From Spirochaetales bacterium (GTDB taxonomy: Bacteria; Spirochaetota; Spirochaetia; JABEVK01): 64,000 nt of DNA. Position 1 is the stretch's first letter, and each line of letters starts with the position of its first letter. The notes beneath the pieces are model-generated. The model saw only the letters and a list, made by a program, of their open reading frames with translations, did no database searches and was not told the origin of the DNA. The translations under genes were made by a program, and so were the position numbers. Location of the stretch: assembly GCA_037142615.1 (NCBI GenBank), contig JBAXAI010000005.1, positions 32,001 through 96,000 on the forward strand, read 5' to 3'. Shown here piece after piece: positions 28,613 through 37,736 of this stretch.

Positions 28613-30351
28613 CCCAGACTTTACCGGCCCCCGGGGAACTTTCGGCCCAGCGCAAACGCTGGGTGCTGATCGGCGTTCTCGTGGGCATGTTCCTCGGTTC
28701 GCTCACCGGAACCATCATCAGCACGGCCATGCCGCGCATCCTGGCCGACCTGCAGGGGATGGAATACATCTCGTGGGCGATGACGGCCTACATGCTCACC
28801 AGCACATTGGCGATGCCCATTTTTGGCAAATTGGCCGACATGTATGGGCGCAAATGGTTCTACCTCGGTGGAATCGCGATCTTCCTGGTGGGATCCATTT
28901 TGTGTGGCTTTGCGACCGACATGACCCAGTTCATCGCCTTTCGGGCCGTCGCCGGTATCGGCGGGGGAATCATGCAGGCCATCGCCATGACCATCATTGC
29001 CGACCTTTTTCCACCGGCCGAGCGCGGCAAATACCAGGGACTCTTGGGTGGCGTGTTCGGACTCGCCAGCGTGATCGGCCCCCTTTTGGGCGGCTGGATC
29101 ACCGACAACATGACGTGGAACTGGGTGTTTTGGGTGAACCTTCCGGTGGGAATCACGGCTCTCGTCATCCTGGGGCTCGGCCTGCCAGCGGTGAACAAAC
29201 ACTACCTGACGCCCAGTGCCCAAAAGCCCCGCATCGACTGGTGGGGCATCGTGTTCCAGATTCTGGCGTTCACCCCCATGCTTGTCGCCTTCAGCTGGGC
29301 GGGAAGCAAATACGAATGGCTGTCGCCCGAAATCCTCAGCTTGCTCGGGTTTTCGTTGGTGATGGTCGTCATTTTCTTGGTGGTGGAATCCAAGGCCCAA
29401 GAGCCGATTGTTCCCCTGAGCCTGTTTAGGAACGGCATTTTCAACGTTTCGGTGATCACGGGTTTTTTGATGTCGATCGGCATGTTCGGCGGAATCATGT
29501 ACCTGCCCATGTTTCTGCAGGGGGTGGTGGGCCAAACCGCCACCAACTCGGGCTTGGCCATGGCGCCGATGATGGTCGCCTTGATCATCGCGTCGGCCGT
29601 GGGTGGCCAACTGGTGAGCCGGACGGGCCGGTACAAAATCGTCGGCCTCGTGGGTTTCAGTTTGATGCTGCTGGCCGAAATCCTGTTCTCACTGATGACG
29701 GTGCAGTCCGACGGTCTGACCGTTTCCATCGACATGATTGTGATGGGCCTGGGGCTCGGCCTGTGTATGCCGGTGTTCGTCGTCGCCTGCCAGAGCGCCT
29801 TTCCGCACAAACAAGTCGGGGTCGTCACGTCGAGCCTTCAGTTCTTCCGCTCCATTGGCGGCACCTTCGGAATCGCCCTGATGGGTTCGCTGCTCAACAG
29901 CCAGTTCAAAGTCGAGGCCGCCGCCGCCCTCCCCGCTTCGATCGCCAAACTGATCCCCGCCGACAAGAGGGACCAGTTTTTGACCCCGCAGGCGTTGTTC
30001 AGCCCCTCGACCAAGACTAGCTTTGAGGCCAAGGCAGCGGCTTTTCCCGGCGGCAAAGACCTCGTCGACACGATGTTCACTTCGTTCAAGCAGGCGTTTG
30101 CCGATTCGGTGCACCACATCTTTTTCATCAGCATCTTCATCGTGGCAGCGGCGCTTCTGGTGACGTTCTTTTTGAAGGAGATCCCGTTGCGCAAGACCAA
30201 CCGACCCGCAGCCGAAGAAGCCGGTGCGGAACTGCTCGCCGAGGGAGTTGCCGGGCCAGGGCCGATTCCTGCCGAGTTCGAGCCCGATTTGGGCGAGGGA
30301 ACTACCGAGGAAGGCGCGGCCGGACCGTCCACGCGTAAAACACGCAAATAA
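28609..30351 (+). CDS. DHA2/MDR-family MFS efflux transporter
   Basis: 14 TM segments; GKLADMYGRK, GPLLGGWITD and WVFWVNLPVG motifs. Confidence 0.92.
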   Translation: MTQTLPAPGELSAQRKRWVLIGVLVGMFLGSLTGTIISTAMPRILADLQGMEYISWAMTAYMLTSTLAMPIFGKLADMYGRKWFYLGGIAIFLVGSILCGFATDMTQFIAFRAVAGIGGGIMQAIAMTIIADLFPPAERGKYQGLLGGVFGLASVIGPLLGGWITDNMTWNWVFWVNLPVGITALVILGLGLPAVNKHYLTPSAQKPRIDWWGIVFQILAFTPMLVAFSWAGSKYEWLSPEILSLLGFSLVMVVIFLVVESKAQEPIVPLSLFRNGIFNVSVITGFLMSIGMFGGIMYLPMFLQGVVGQTATNSGLAMAPMMVALIIASAVGGQLVSRTGRYKIVGLVGFSLMLLAEILFSLMTVQSDGLTVSIDMIVMGLGLGLCMPVFVVACQSAFPHKQVGVVTSSLQFFRSIGGTFGIALMGSLLNSQFKVEAAAALPASIAKLIPADKRDQFLTPQALFSPSTKTSFEAKAAAFPGGKDLVDTMFTSFKQAFADSVHHIFFISIFIVAAALLVTFFLKEIPLRKTNRPAAEEAGAELLAEGVAGPGPIPAEFEPDLGEGTTEEGAAGPSTRKTRK

Positions 30352-31612
30352 CCGTGGCGATGGCCCCGATGGCGAGCAACAGCGCCCCATCGGTCATCGC
30401 CTGGGCGTCGAGAATTCTGCCCACCAAAACGGCACCAACGGCGCCGGCGAGAAACCCCGACAAGTTGAACACGCCCATTCCCACACCGATCTCGCTTTCG
30501 GGCAGAATGCGCGACACACCGTTCACCAACCCCGTGTTGAAAAACGTCAGCCCGGCAAACAGCACGGTCAAAAGCGCCGCAAACACCCACAACGGCTGGC
30601 CAAGGGCCAGCGGGCTTGCCAGCAGGCTGCCGCACAGAAAAATCAGCCCTACGGTCAGCACCAGCTGGTTGCCCCGTTTGTCGGCCAGGCGACCGGCAAA
30701 CGGCCCGAGGAACACCCCGCTGATAGCGCCGGGAAACAGCACCAGGCCGATTCCTTGCGAGTCGAGCCCGTTGGCGCGGTGCAGCATCAAGGGAATCAGG
30801 AAGTTCAGCCCGACGAAGGCTCCAAACAAAACAAAGGTGGTGATCACGGCGGCCCGGAACGGTCGGATCTGGAACAATTTCGGGTCAACGAAGGGCTCTT
30901 TGGCCGTCAGGATCCGGGCCACAAAGCCCGTCACCAGCAGCAGACCGGCGACCAAGAAACTCCAGTGAGGATACGTGAGCCACACGATGAGGGATGACAA
31001 CCCGAATACCAGAAGGGCGGCACCCAGGTAGTCGAGGTTGCCGGGTTTGGTAGGTTCCTTGGGCAATACTTTGAGCAAAAACGGGAAGGCAATCAACGTG
31101 AGCACAGGAATCAGGAACAGCCAGGCCCAATGCAGGCGAGCGGTGACCAACCCACCCAACACCGGGCCAATGCCAGCCCCGAACGAAATGACCGACCCCA
31201 GCGAGCCAAACAGCTGGCCGCGCACCTCGGGCGCGAAGTAGCGGGCGATGATGACCGTGACGAGCGCGGGCAGGGCCGAACCACCGATGCCTTGCAGGGC
31301 CCGCGAAAACAGAACGGTCGCGTAAGACCCCTGCAAGGCGAACCCCAGCACCGAACCGGCCGCGTAGACAAGGATGCCGATGGACAGAAGGCGCCGGATG
31401 CTGAACAGGTCCGATAGCCGCCCAAAGATGATGGTTCCCACCCCAAAAAACAGGATGAACATGGTGCCCATCCAGCTGACTTCGGTGGAGGTCAGGTGAA
31501 ACTCGGCGAGAATAGCGGGGGTCGATACGCCGAACACGGTTTCGTTCAGCACGGAAAAGAAGACGAGGTAGAGGATCCAAGGGAGTGTCTTTTTGACATT
31601 CAGGGTGAGCAT
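30302..31612 (-). CDS. MFS transporter (Tet(L)/DHA2-like)
   Basis: FFSVLNETVF, GRLSDLFSIRRL and PFVDPKLF motifs. Confidence 0.85.
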   Translation of the reverse strand: MLTLNVKKTLPWILYLVFFSVLNETVFGVSTPAILAEFHLTSTEVSWMGTMFILFFGVGTIIFGRLSDLFSIRRLLSIGILVYAAGSVLGFALQGSYATVLFSRALQGIGGSALPALVTVIIARYFAPEVRGQLFGSLGSVISFGAGIGPVLGGLVTARLHWAWLFLIPVLTLIAFPFLLKVLPKEPTKPGNLDYLGAALLVFGLSSLIVWLTYPHWSFLVAGLLLVTGFVARILTAKEPFVDPKLFQIRPFRAAVITTFVLFGAFVGLNFLIPLMLHRANGLDSQGIGLVLFPGAISGVFLGPFAGRLADKRGNQLVLTVGLIFLCGSLLASPLALGQPLWVFAALLTVLFAGLTFFNTGLVNGVSRILPESEIGVGMGVFNLSGFLAGAVGAVLVGRILDAQAMTDGALLLAIGAIATVICVFYAWTVRPRLPR

Positions 31613-31637
31613 TTCGTCAATATACAGCTTTTGCTTT

Positions 31638-34097
31638 CTACTTCGCTTTCAACATCAGCATCTGAAGTTTCTTGATCGAGACGATGGTTCGCTTCGAGGA
31701 CTTTCCAAAAGGTGACGAAGGCGCCAACAACCGGTCGGCGGTGGCCGCCGAGCCATTGCGAGCGGCATCCGCTGCCAACCGGTGGAACTCGGCATGCGAG
31801 GTGACCAACCGCTGAAAAACGGGGTTGGCCGAAAGGCTTTCGCCCTCGCCATGGATCCACTCGCCCAAAGGGCACTTGTCGTCGCGCGCTACCACATCCA
31901 GGGCGACCTCGAGGGCCTTCTTGCCGCTCAAATGGTCGGCAAGCCGCACCTTCCATTGTTCATGCGCGTAGATGGCCTTGTTCAGGTCGATGGTCCCGAG
32001 CTCGGTATGGAACTGACCAAAGTTCGTCTGGATGCGCGTGGCGCTCGACTGAAGGTCCGAAGCGATGGCGTTGAGCTGGCGCGACGCGTTGTCGATCTCC
32101 TGAAGGCCTTCGACCTGCTCCATGCTCGACTCGCGGTTCTTTTCCGAAGCTTGGCCCAGTTCGTCGAGCAGCCGCAAAACCTCGGCACCCTGCTGGGACT
32201 GTTCGGCCAAGGCCTCCGACGTGGTGTCGGCCAACCGGCTGACCACGCCCACGGCCTCGAGAACCGACCGGTTGGCGTGACTCTGCTCGGCCATCGAAGC
32301 GGCCAATTCGCGGGCGGCCTTTTGCAGTCCCGTAATTTCGTCGCGCAGAATGTCGAAAGCCTTCACGGTAATCAGCGTCAGGTCGCGGGTCTTCACGATC
32401 CCGCTCTGCACTTCCTTGACGGTCTTCTGGATGGTCATGGCCCCGCCGGAACTGGTTTCGGCCAAACGGCGAATTTCTTCGGCCACCACCGCAAAGCCCT
32501 TGCCGGCCTCGCCCGCGTGGGCGGCTTCGATGGCCGCGTTCATCGACAACAGATTGGTCTGCCCCGAGATGTCGGCGATCAGCGACGTCATTTCGCCAAT
32601 GCTTTCGGCCAAGCCGGCCACGAGTTCGACGGTCTGGCTCAGGTTCTGGACCGACTCGGTACCCGAGCCGCTGGCCTCGCCGGCCTTTTCGGCGCTCTGG
32701 CGGGTCTTCTCCGACAGCGAAGTGGTCGTCTCCAAGCTTGCCGAAATCTCTTCGACACCCGACGCGGCCGACTGCATTTGGGCCCGCATTTCGGCCGTCG
32801 TCTCGTCGATTTTTCGGATCTGGCTCACAAAGTTCTCGACGACTTCCTTGGCCTTTTGATGGGCCAACAATTGCACCTGGCTGTTTTGAACGACCATCAC
32901 ACCCGACGAGAAGATCTGGGCGGTCGAACTGGCCGATTGGGAGGTTTCGGCCACCAGGACGGCGCTGACTTCGGCAACCCTGCTGGCTTCGCCCTTGAGC
33001 CCTTCGATCAGTTCCCTGAGCCGGATGATGAAACGATTGAAGTGTCGCGAAAGGTCACCAATCTCGTCGGCCGGTCCGTCGGGAATTTGCACCGTCAGGT
33101 CGCCGGCGCCCTTCGACAACTGCTCCAGCGACGCCACAATGCGCACCAGGGGCCTCAGGATGGAGCGTGCAACCAAAATGGCTGTGACGATGGACAGCAC
33201 CAGCACGAGCAACAATACCGCAAGCTGGCCAAAAAAGGCTGACTGGCTCGCCGTCAATTCCGCTTGGGCACCGCTCACCACGGTCTTCTGAACCGTCTGG
33301 ATCAACCCCTGGATGACCGTGACCGTCGTCGTGGCTTGCGTGAAAAAGGCTGCGGAATCGAGGCCGAACTGACCCTGGGACGAAAGAAACTGCAGCGTCT
33401 GCCAGTCGTTCTCGATGGAAGACCACGCGGTCCCTGCCGTGTGAGACGACCAAAGCCCGGCGTCGGCGGTAGAAAGTCTTCCCAAAGTCAACTGCATCGA
33501 GGCGAACACGCTGGCATGCAACGTGCCGAGCCGAGACAACTCCTCGGGGTTGAGCGGGGTGTTGCGGCCGATGAGGCCTGCGCCAAGGCCCCGAAAGGCG
33601 GCGGCATTTTCTTTAGCCAGCTCGAGTTGATGCCAGGTCTGAAACCCGTCGCGCAAAAGGGCGGGCGCGGGTTCAAGGCTGACAGCTCCAAAGCGCGACA
33701 CGGCCTGACCGATCAATTCGGAATAGGCCGAAAAGCCCTGGAGCGCGGAAATACTGCCGGCATCGACTTTGGATCGGAGGGCGACGATCTGCTGATGGAG
33801 CGTGACGACTTCCGGTAGTGCCGAAGCACCGACCGCCGTATCGAGCACGGCCCGTTGTTTTTGAACCGGATCGAGGGTGCCATTGGACAATTGCGCGGTC
33901 AGGGTCAGCCCCCGCTCTTTTTGGCCCTCAAGAACAAACGCTGAAAGCTCACCAAGCCGTGCGGCGTTCTTCTGTGCTTCGCGGCCCTGCTGCCACGACG
34001 CAAAAGACTGCAAGCTCAGTAGCAAGCTGAAGGCAAAGATGGCCGCCAGAGGAAGCAGCAGCAACCCCAGAAGTTTGAGTCGGATGGAAAAACGCAT
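31638..34097 (-). CDS. methyl-accepting chemotaxis protein (NIT-like sensor, HAMP, MCP signal, C-terminal CZB)
   Basis: QKERGL sensor motif; [35 protein letters not shown]; H..W...CPLGEW...HAEFH zinc-binding tail. Confidence 0.92.
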   Translation of the reverse strand: MRFSIRLKLLGLLLLPLAAIFAFSLLLSLQSFASWQQGREAQKNAARLGELSAFVLEGQKERGLTLTAQLSNGTLDPVQKQRAVLDTAVGASALPEVVTLHQQIVALRSKVDAGSISALQGFSAYSELIGQAVSRFGAVSLEPAPALLRDGFQTWHQLELAKENAAAFRGLGAGLIGRNTPLNPEELSRLGTLHASVFASMQLTLGRLSTADAGLWSSHTAGTAWSSIENDWQTLQFLSSQGQFGLDSAAFFTQATTTVTVIQGLIQTVQKTVVSGAQAELTASQSAFFGQLAVLLLVLVLSIVTAILVARSILRPLVRIVASLEQLSKGAGDLTVQIPDGPADEIGDLSRHFNRFIIRLRELIEGLKGEASRVAEVSAVLVAETSQSASSTAQIFSSGVMVVQNSQVQLLAHQKAKEVVENFVSQIRKIDETTAEMRAQMQSAASGVEEISASLETTTSLSEKTRQSAEKAGEASGSGTESVQNLSQTVELVAGLAESIGEMTSLIADISGQTNLLSMNAAIEAAHAGEAGKGFAVVAEEIRRLAETSSGGAMTIQKTVKEVQSGIVKTRDLTLITVKAFDILRDEITGLQKAARELAASMAEQSHANRSVLEAVGVVSRLADTTSEALAEQSQQGAEVLRLLDELGQASEKNRESSMEQVEGLQEIDNASRQLNAIASDLQSSATRIQTNFGQFHTELGTIDLNKAIYAHEQWKVRLADHLSGKKALEVALDVVARDDKCPLGEWIHGEGESLSANPVFQRLVTSHAEFHRLAADAARNGSAATADRLLAPSSPFGKSSKRTIVSIKKLQMLMLKAK

Positions 34098-34227
34098 AAG
34101 GCCCCCCTCCAACCATAGGCTTACGTAGGGGCATAAACAAGGACCGAGTCCACAGGACATCAAGAGGCGAAATATGTCCAATTTATTCATTCTTGCTTAT
34201 TGTGCGGGCCAGTCCTATATTTAGCCT

Positions 34228-35037
34228 ATGCGTAACTCCCAACTTTTCCGGGCAACGGCCCTGGTACTTCTGTTCTTGTTGGTTTCGTTCCTGTCAGCCC
34301 AGGAAGCCAAAGACGATTCGTCGAATACCATCGCGGCGTACGCCGTTGCGAAGGGTAAGCTGACCCTGGATTCCGAGTACCCCGTCACCGCGCCCGACAA
34401 AAAGGACCAAGCGACGATTTGGAAGGCCGTGACCACTTTGGTTCCACCGGCGCTGCTCAACCTCGTCACCCGGCTCGAGTTTTTCGAGGTTCCCGAAAGC
34501 GATGCCGCCACCGAAACCGATGGGTGGGCGTTACAGTCCGACGACAGCCAGAGCTTCACCCTCGGCCTGAGCATCACCAGTGCCAAGCTGGCATTTGTCG
34601 ACCGCGACGAGCAGGGACTCCCCGAGTTTGAGCAAACGATCATCCACGAGTTTGGCCATGTGCTCAGTTTCCGGGCCAGTCAGATGGACGAGAACGCCAC
34701 CGGCACGCTGCAGATCGAAGAGGGCACCCTCAAGTCCGACGGGTACCTCAACGTGTTCTACGAGAAGTTTTGGAAGAAGACCTACCCGAAGCACGGCACC
34801 GACGCCACCAGCGACGAAGAAGGCACCAAGTTGTACCTGACGGCACCAGCGTCTTTTGTCAGCGAGTACGCTGCCACCGGCCCCCTGGAAGACTTTGCTG
34901 AGTCGTTCGCGTGGTTTGTCACCAACGACAAGCCCAAGGGGAAAGACCTCAAGGACCAGAAGGTCCTTCAGTTCTACGCTTGGCCCGAACTCACCGGGTT
35001 CCGCGACCAATTCCGCAAGGGGCTCGCCAGCTTGTAG
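34228..35037 (+). CDS. secreted putative zinc metallopeptidase
   Basis: Signal peptide; IIHEFGH and FVSEYAAT..EDFAESF motifs. Confidence 0.75.
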   Translation: MRNSQLFRATALVLLFLLVSFLSAQEAKDDSSNTIAAYAVAKGKLTLDSEYPVTAPDKKDQATIWKAVTTLVPPALLNLVTRLEFFEVPESDAATETDGWALQSDDSQSFTLGLSITSAKLAFVDRDEQGLPEFEQTIIHEFGHVLSFRASQMDENATGTLQIEEGTLKSDGYLNVFYEKFWKKTYPKHGTDATSDEEGTKLYLTAPASFVSEYAATGPLEDFAESFAWFVTNDKPKGKDLKDQKVLQFYAWPELTGFRDQFRKGLASL

Positions 35038-35146
35038 AACGAGGGGAGCGCCCCAGACCACGGTGGTTGGGGGCCCGCTTTCAAATCTCACACCTCAAGT
35101 TGGTTTCGTTAACCGGTTTTCTAGTTGATTGACGCAATGAAGCAAC

Positions 35147-35175
35147 TGGACAGCCGAGAAGTTTCGTCCTAGGCT
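35147..35175 (+). promoter_or_regulatory. sigma70-like promoter of the GH94 operon
   Basis: TGGACA(35147)-N17-TAGGCT(35170). An AACCGGTT palindrome at 35111 may be a LacI-type site. Confidence 0.5.
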
Positions 35176-35202
35176 GGACTCCATCGATGGAGGAGTCCCG
35201 CC

Positions 35203-37713
35203 ATGTCAACTATAAAAAGCACCACCAACCCCTACGGCCATTTTGACGATGCTGCCCGCGAATACGTCATCACTCGCCCCGACACGCCGCTGCCGTGGCT
35301 GAATTACCTGGGGCAGGACGAGTTTTTTGGCCTGTGCACCAACACCGCCGGTGGCTACACGTTCTGGAAAGACGCGAAACTCCGCCGCCTGACGCGCTAC
35401 CGCTACAACAACCAGCCCTACGACCTGGGCGGACGCTACCTGTACGTCAACGATGCCGGTTCGGTGTGGAATCCGGGCTGGAAGCCGGTGAAGGCCAAGG
35501 TGGACCGCTACGAGTGCCGCCACGGTATGGGCTACACGACCATCGTGAGCGAAAAGGACGGTCTGTCGGTGAGCCAGACGATGTTCGTCCCGCCGGGTGA
35601 AAACCTTGAGGTTTGGAAGGTGGTGGTCAAGAACACCGGCAAGACCGCCAAGACCCCGAAAATCTATTCGCTGCAAGAGTTTGCGTTTTTTGAAGCGCTC
35701 AACGACATGACCAACTACCAGCGCACCTATTCCATCGGCGAGGTGGAGGTCGAGGGCGGCGCCATTTACCACAAGACGGAGTACCGCGAGCGACGCAACC
35801 ATTACACGCTGTTTGGCTGCACGGGCAACGTGACCGGCTTCGATACCAGCCGCGACGCGTTTGTGGGGGTACACGAAGGCTTCCACGAAGCGAAAGTGCC
35901 CTTTGCCGGCAAGGCGGGCAACTCCATGGCCTTTGGCTGGAACCCCATCGGCAGCCATGAGGTGACGCTGAGCCTGAAGCCTGGCGAGTCGGTCGAGTAC
36001 GCCTACATTTTGGCCTACGTGGATCACGATTTGCCCGGCGCTGACGGCAAAAAGTTCGCCGGCGAGAAGTTCACCGCGCCGTTCGTGATCAACAAAGCCC
36101 TGGGCAAGGACGTGATGAAGAAGTACGCCACGCCGGGCGCGGTCGATGCGGCGCTGGGTCGCTTGAAAGCGTATTGGGACAACAACTTGGGCAAGTTCCA
36201 GGTGACCAGCCCCGACCCGCACGCCAACCGCATGGCCAACATCTGGAACCAGTACCAGTGCATGGCCACGTTCAACATGAGCCGCTCGGCCAGCATGTAC
36301 GAAACCGGCATCGGCCGCGGCATGGGCTTCCGCGACTCGAACCAGGACCTGCTGGGCTTCGTGCACATGATTCCCAGCCGAGCCCGCGAGCGCATCCTCG
36401 ACATCGCCGCCACGCAGCTCAGCGATGGCACCTGCTACCACCAGTACCAGCCGCTGACCAAGAAGGGCAACGCCGACATCGGGGGCGACTTCTACGACGA
36501 CCACCTGTGGCTGGTGCTGTCGGTGGTGAGCTACATCAAGGAGTCGGGCGACTACGGGATTCTCGAGGCCAGCTGCGGATATGCTGATCAGCCTATCACC
36601 CCGGGGGCCGCAGGATATGCGGCCCAGCCTAACTTGCTGCACCATTTGGAAACCAGCATCGCGTACACCATGAAAAAGCGTGGCCCCCACGGTCTGCCCC
36701 TCATCGGCCACGCCGACTGGAACGACTGCCTCAACCTCAACTGCTTCAGCACCGAACCCAACGAGAGCTTCCAGACGGCCGGCGACGTGAAAGACAGCAA
36801 GGCCGAGTCGGTGATGATCGCCGGTCTGTTTCTGTACGCCGCGCGCGACCTCGCCGAGCTCTACACTGCCCTCAAGCGCCCCGCCGATGCCGAGCGCATC
36901 TCGAAGCAGCGGCTCGAAATGCTGGCCACTCTCGAAAGCGTCGCCTGGGACGGGGAATGGTACACCCGCGCCTACGACGCGCAAGGTGGCGTCATAGGCA
37001 GCAAGTCGAACACCGAGGGCAAGATCTTCATCGAGAGCCAGGGCTGGGCCGTCCTTGGTGGCGCGGGGGCCAGCAATGGCCGTGCCCGCCAAGCGATGGA
37101 GAGTGTTCACAAGCATCTGTATACCAAGAATGGAGTTGTTCTTCAGCAGCCGGCGTACTCCACCTACGACAAGAACCTCGGCGAAGTGACGAGCTACCCG
37201 CCGGGGGTCAAGGAAAACGCCGGTATCTTCAGCCACAACAACACGTGGATCCACCTGGGCTGGTGCTTGCTGGGCGAAGGCGAACGGGCGCTGGAATACT
37301 ACCACTCCATCTGCCCCTCGAAGAAAGAAGAGCAAATCGACACCTACCGTTCCGAACCCTACGTGTACGCGCAGATGACGGCGGGCAAGGATGCCCCCTG
37401 TTTCGGCGAGGCCAAAAACAGCTGGCTGACGGGTACGGCGGCGTGGACGTTTGTGGTGGTCAGCCAGGGTCTCTTCGGTATCAAGCCGACCTTTGCCGGA
37501 CTTCAGGTTGATCCGTGCATTCCCAAGGCGTGGCCGGGCTTCGAGGTGACCCGCCAATTCCGCGGCGACACGTATGCCATCACGGTGAAGAACCCGAAGG
37601 GCGTCAGCAAGGGCGTGAAGTCGCTGTTGTTGGACGGGAGGTCTGTCCCCGGCAATGTGATCCCCGTGGTCGGCGACGGCAAAACCCACAAGGTCGAAAT
37701 CAACTTAGGCTGA
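35203..37713 (+). CDS. GH94 phosphorylase, cellobiose-phosphorylase-like
   Basis: TPLPWLNYLG, RRLTRYRYNN, GRGMGFRDSNQD, ADWNDCLNL and KENAGIFSHNN motifs. Confidence 0.92.
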   Translation: MSTIKSTTNPYGHFDDAAREYVITRPDTPLPWLNYLGQDEFFGLCTNTAGGYTFWKDAKLRRLTRYRYNNQPYDLGGRYLYVNDAGSVWNPGWKPVKAKVDRYECRHGMGYTTIVSEKDGLSVSQTMFVPPGENLEVWKVVVKNTGKTAKTPKIYSLQEFAFFEALNDMTNYQRTYSIGEVEVEGGAIYHKTEYRERRNHYTLFGCTGNVTGFDTSRDAFVGVHEGFHEAKVPFAGKAGNSMAFGWNPIGSHEVTLSLKPGESVEYAYILAYVDHDLPGADGKKFAGEKFTAPFVINKALGKDVMKKYATPGAVDAALGRLKAYWDNNLGKFQVTSPDPHANRMANIWNQYQCMATFNMSRSASMYETGIGRGMGFRDSNQDLLGFVHMIPSRARERILDIAATQLSDGTCYHQYQPLTKKGNADIGGDFYDDHLWLVLSVVSYIKESGDYGILEASCGYADQPITPGAAGYAAQPNLLHHLETSIAYTMKKRGPHGLPLIGHADWNDCLNLNCFSTEPNESFQTAGDVKDSKAESVMIAGLFLYAARDLAELYTALKRPADAERISKQRLEMLATLESVAWDGEWYTRAYDAQGGVIGSKSNTEGKIFIESQGWAVLGGAGASNGRARQAMESVHKHLYTKNGVVLQQPAYSTYDKNLGEVTSYPPGVKENAGIFSHNNTWIHLGWCLLGEGERALEYYHSICPSKKEEQIDTYRSEPYVYAQMTAGKDAPCFGEAKNSWLTGTAAWTFVVVSQGLFGIKPTFAGLQVDPCIPKAWPGFEVTRQFRGDTYAITVKNPKGVSKGVKSLLLDGRSVPGNVIPVVGDGKTHKVEINLG

Positions 37714-37736
37714 ACAGCCTATTCCCGGAGGAACCT

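Noticed and set aside
35206-37689. 827-aa antisense ORF, and similar long shadows (e.g. 11138-12523, 43983-45317, 53112-54854)
   Set aside because: They mirror well-supported genes codon for codon. High GC3 suppresses antisense stops and they show no motifs.
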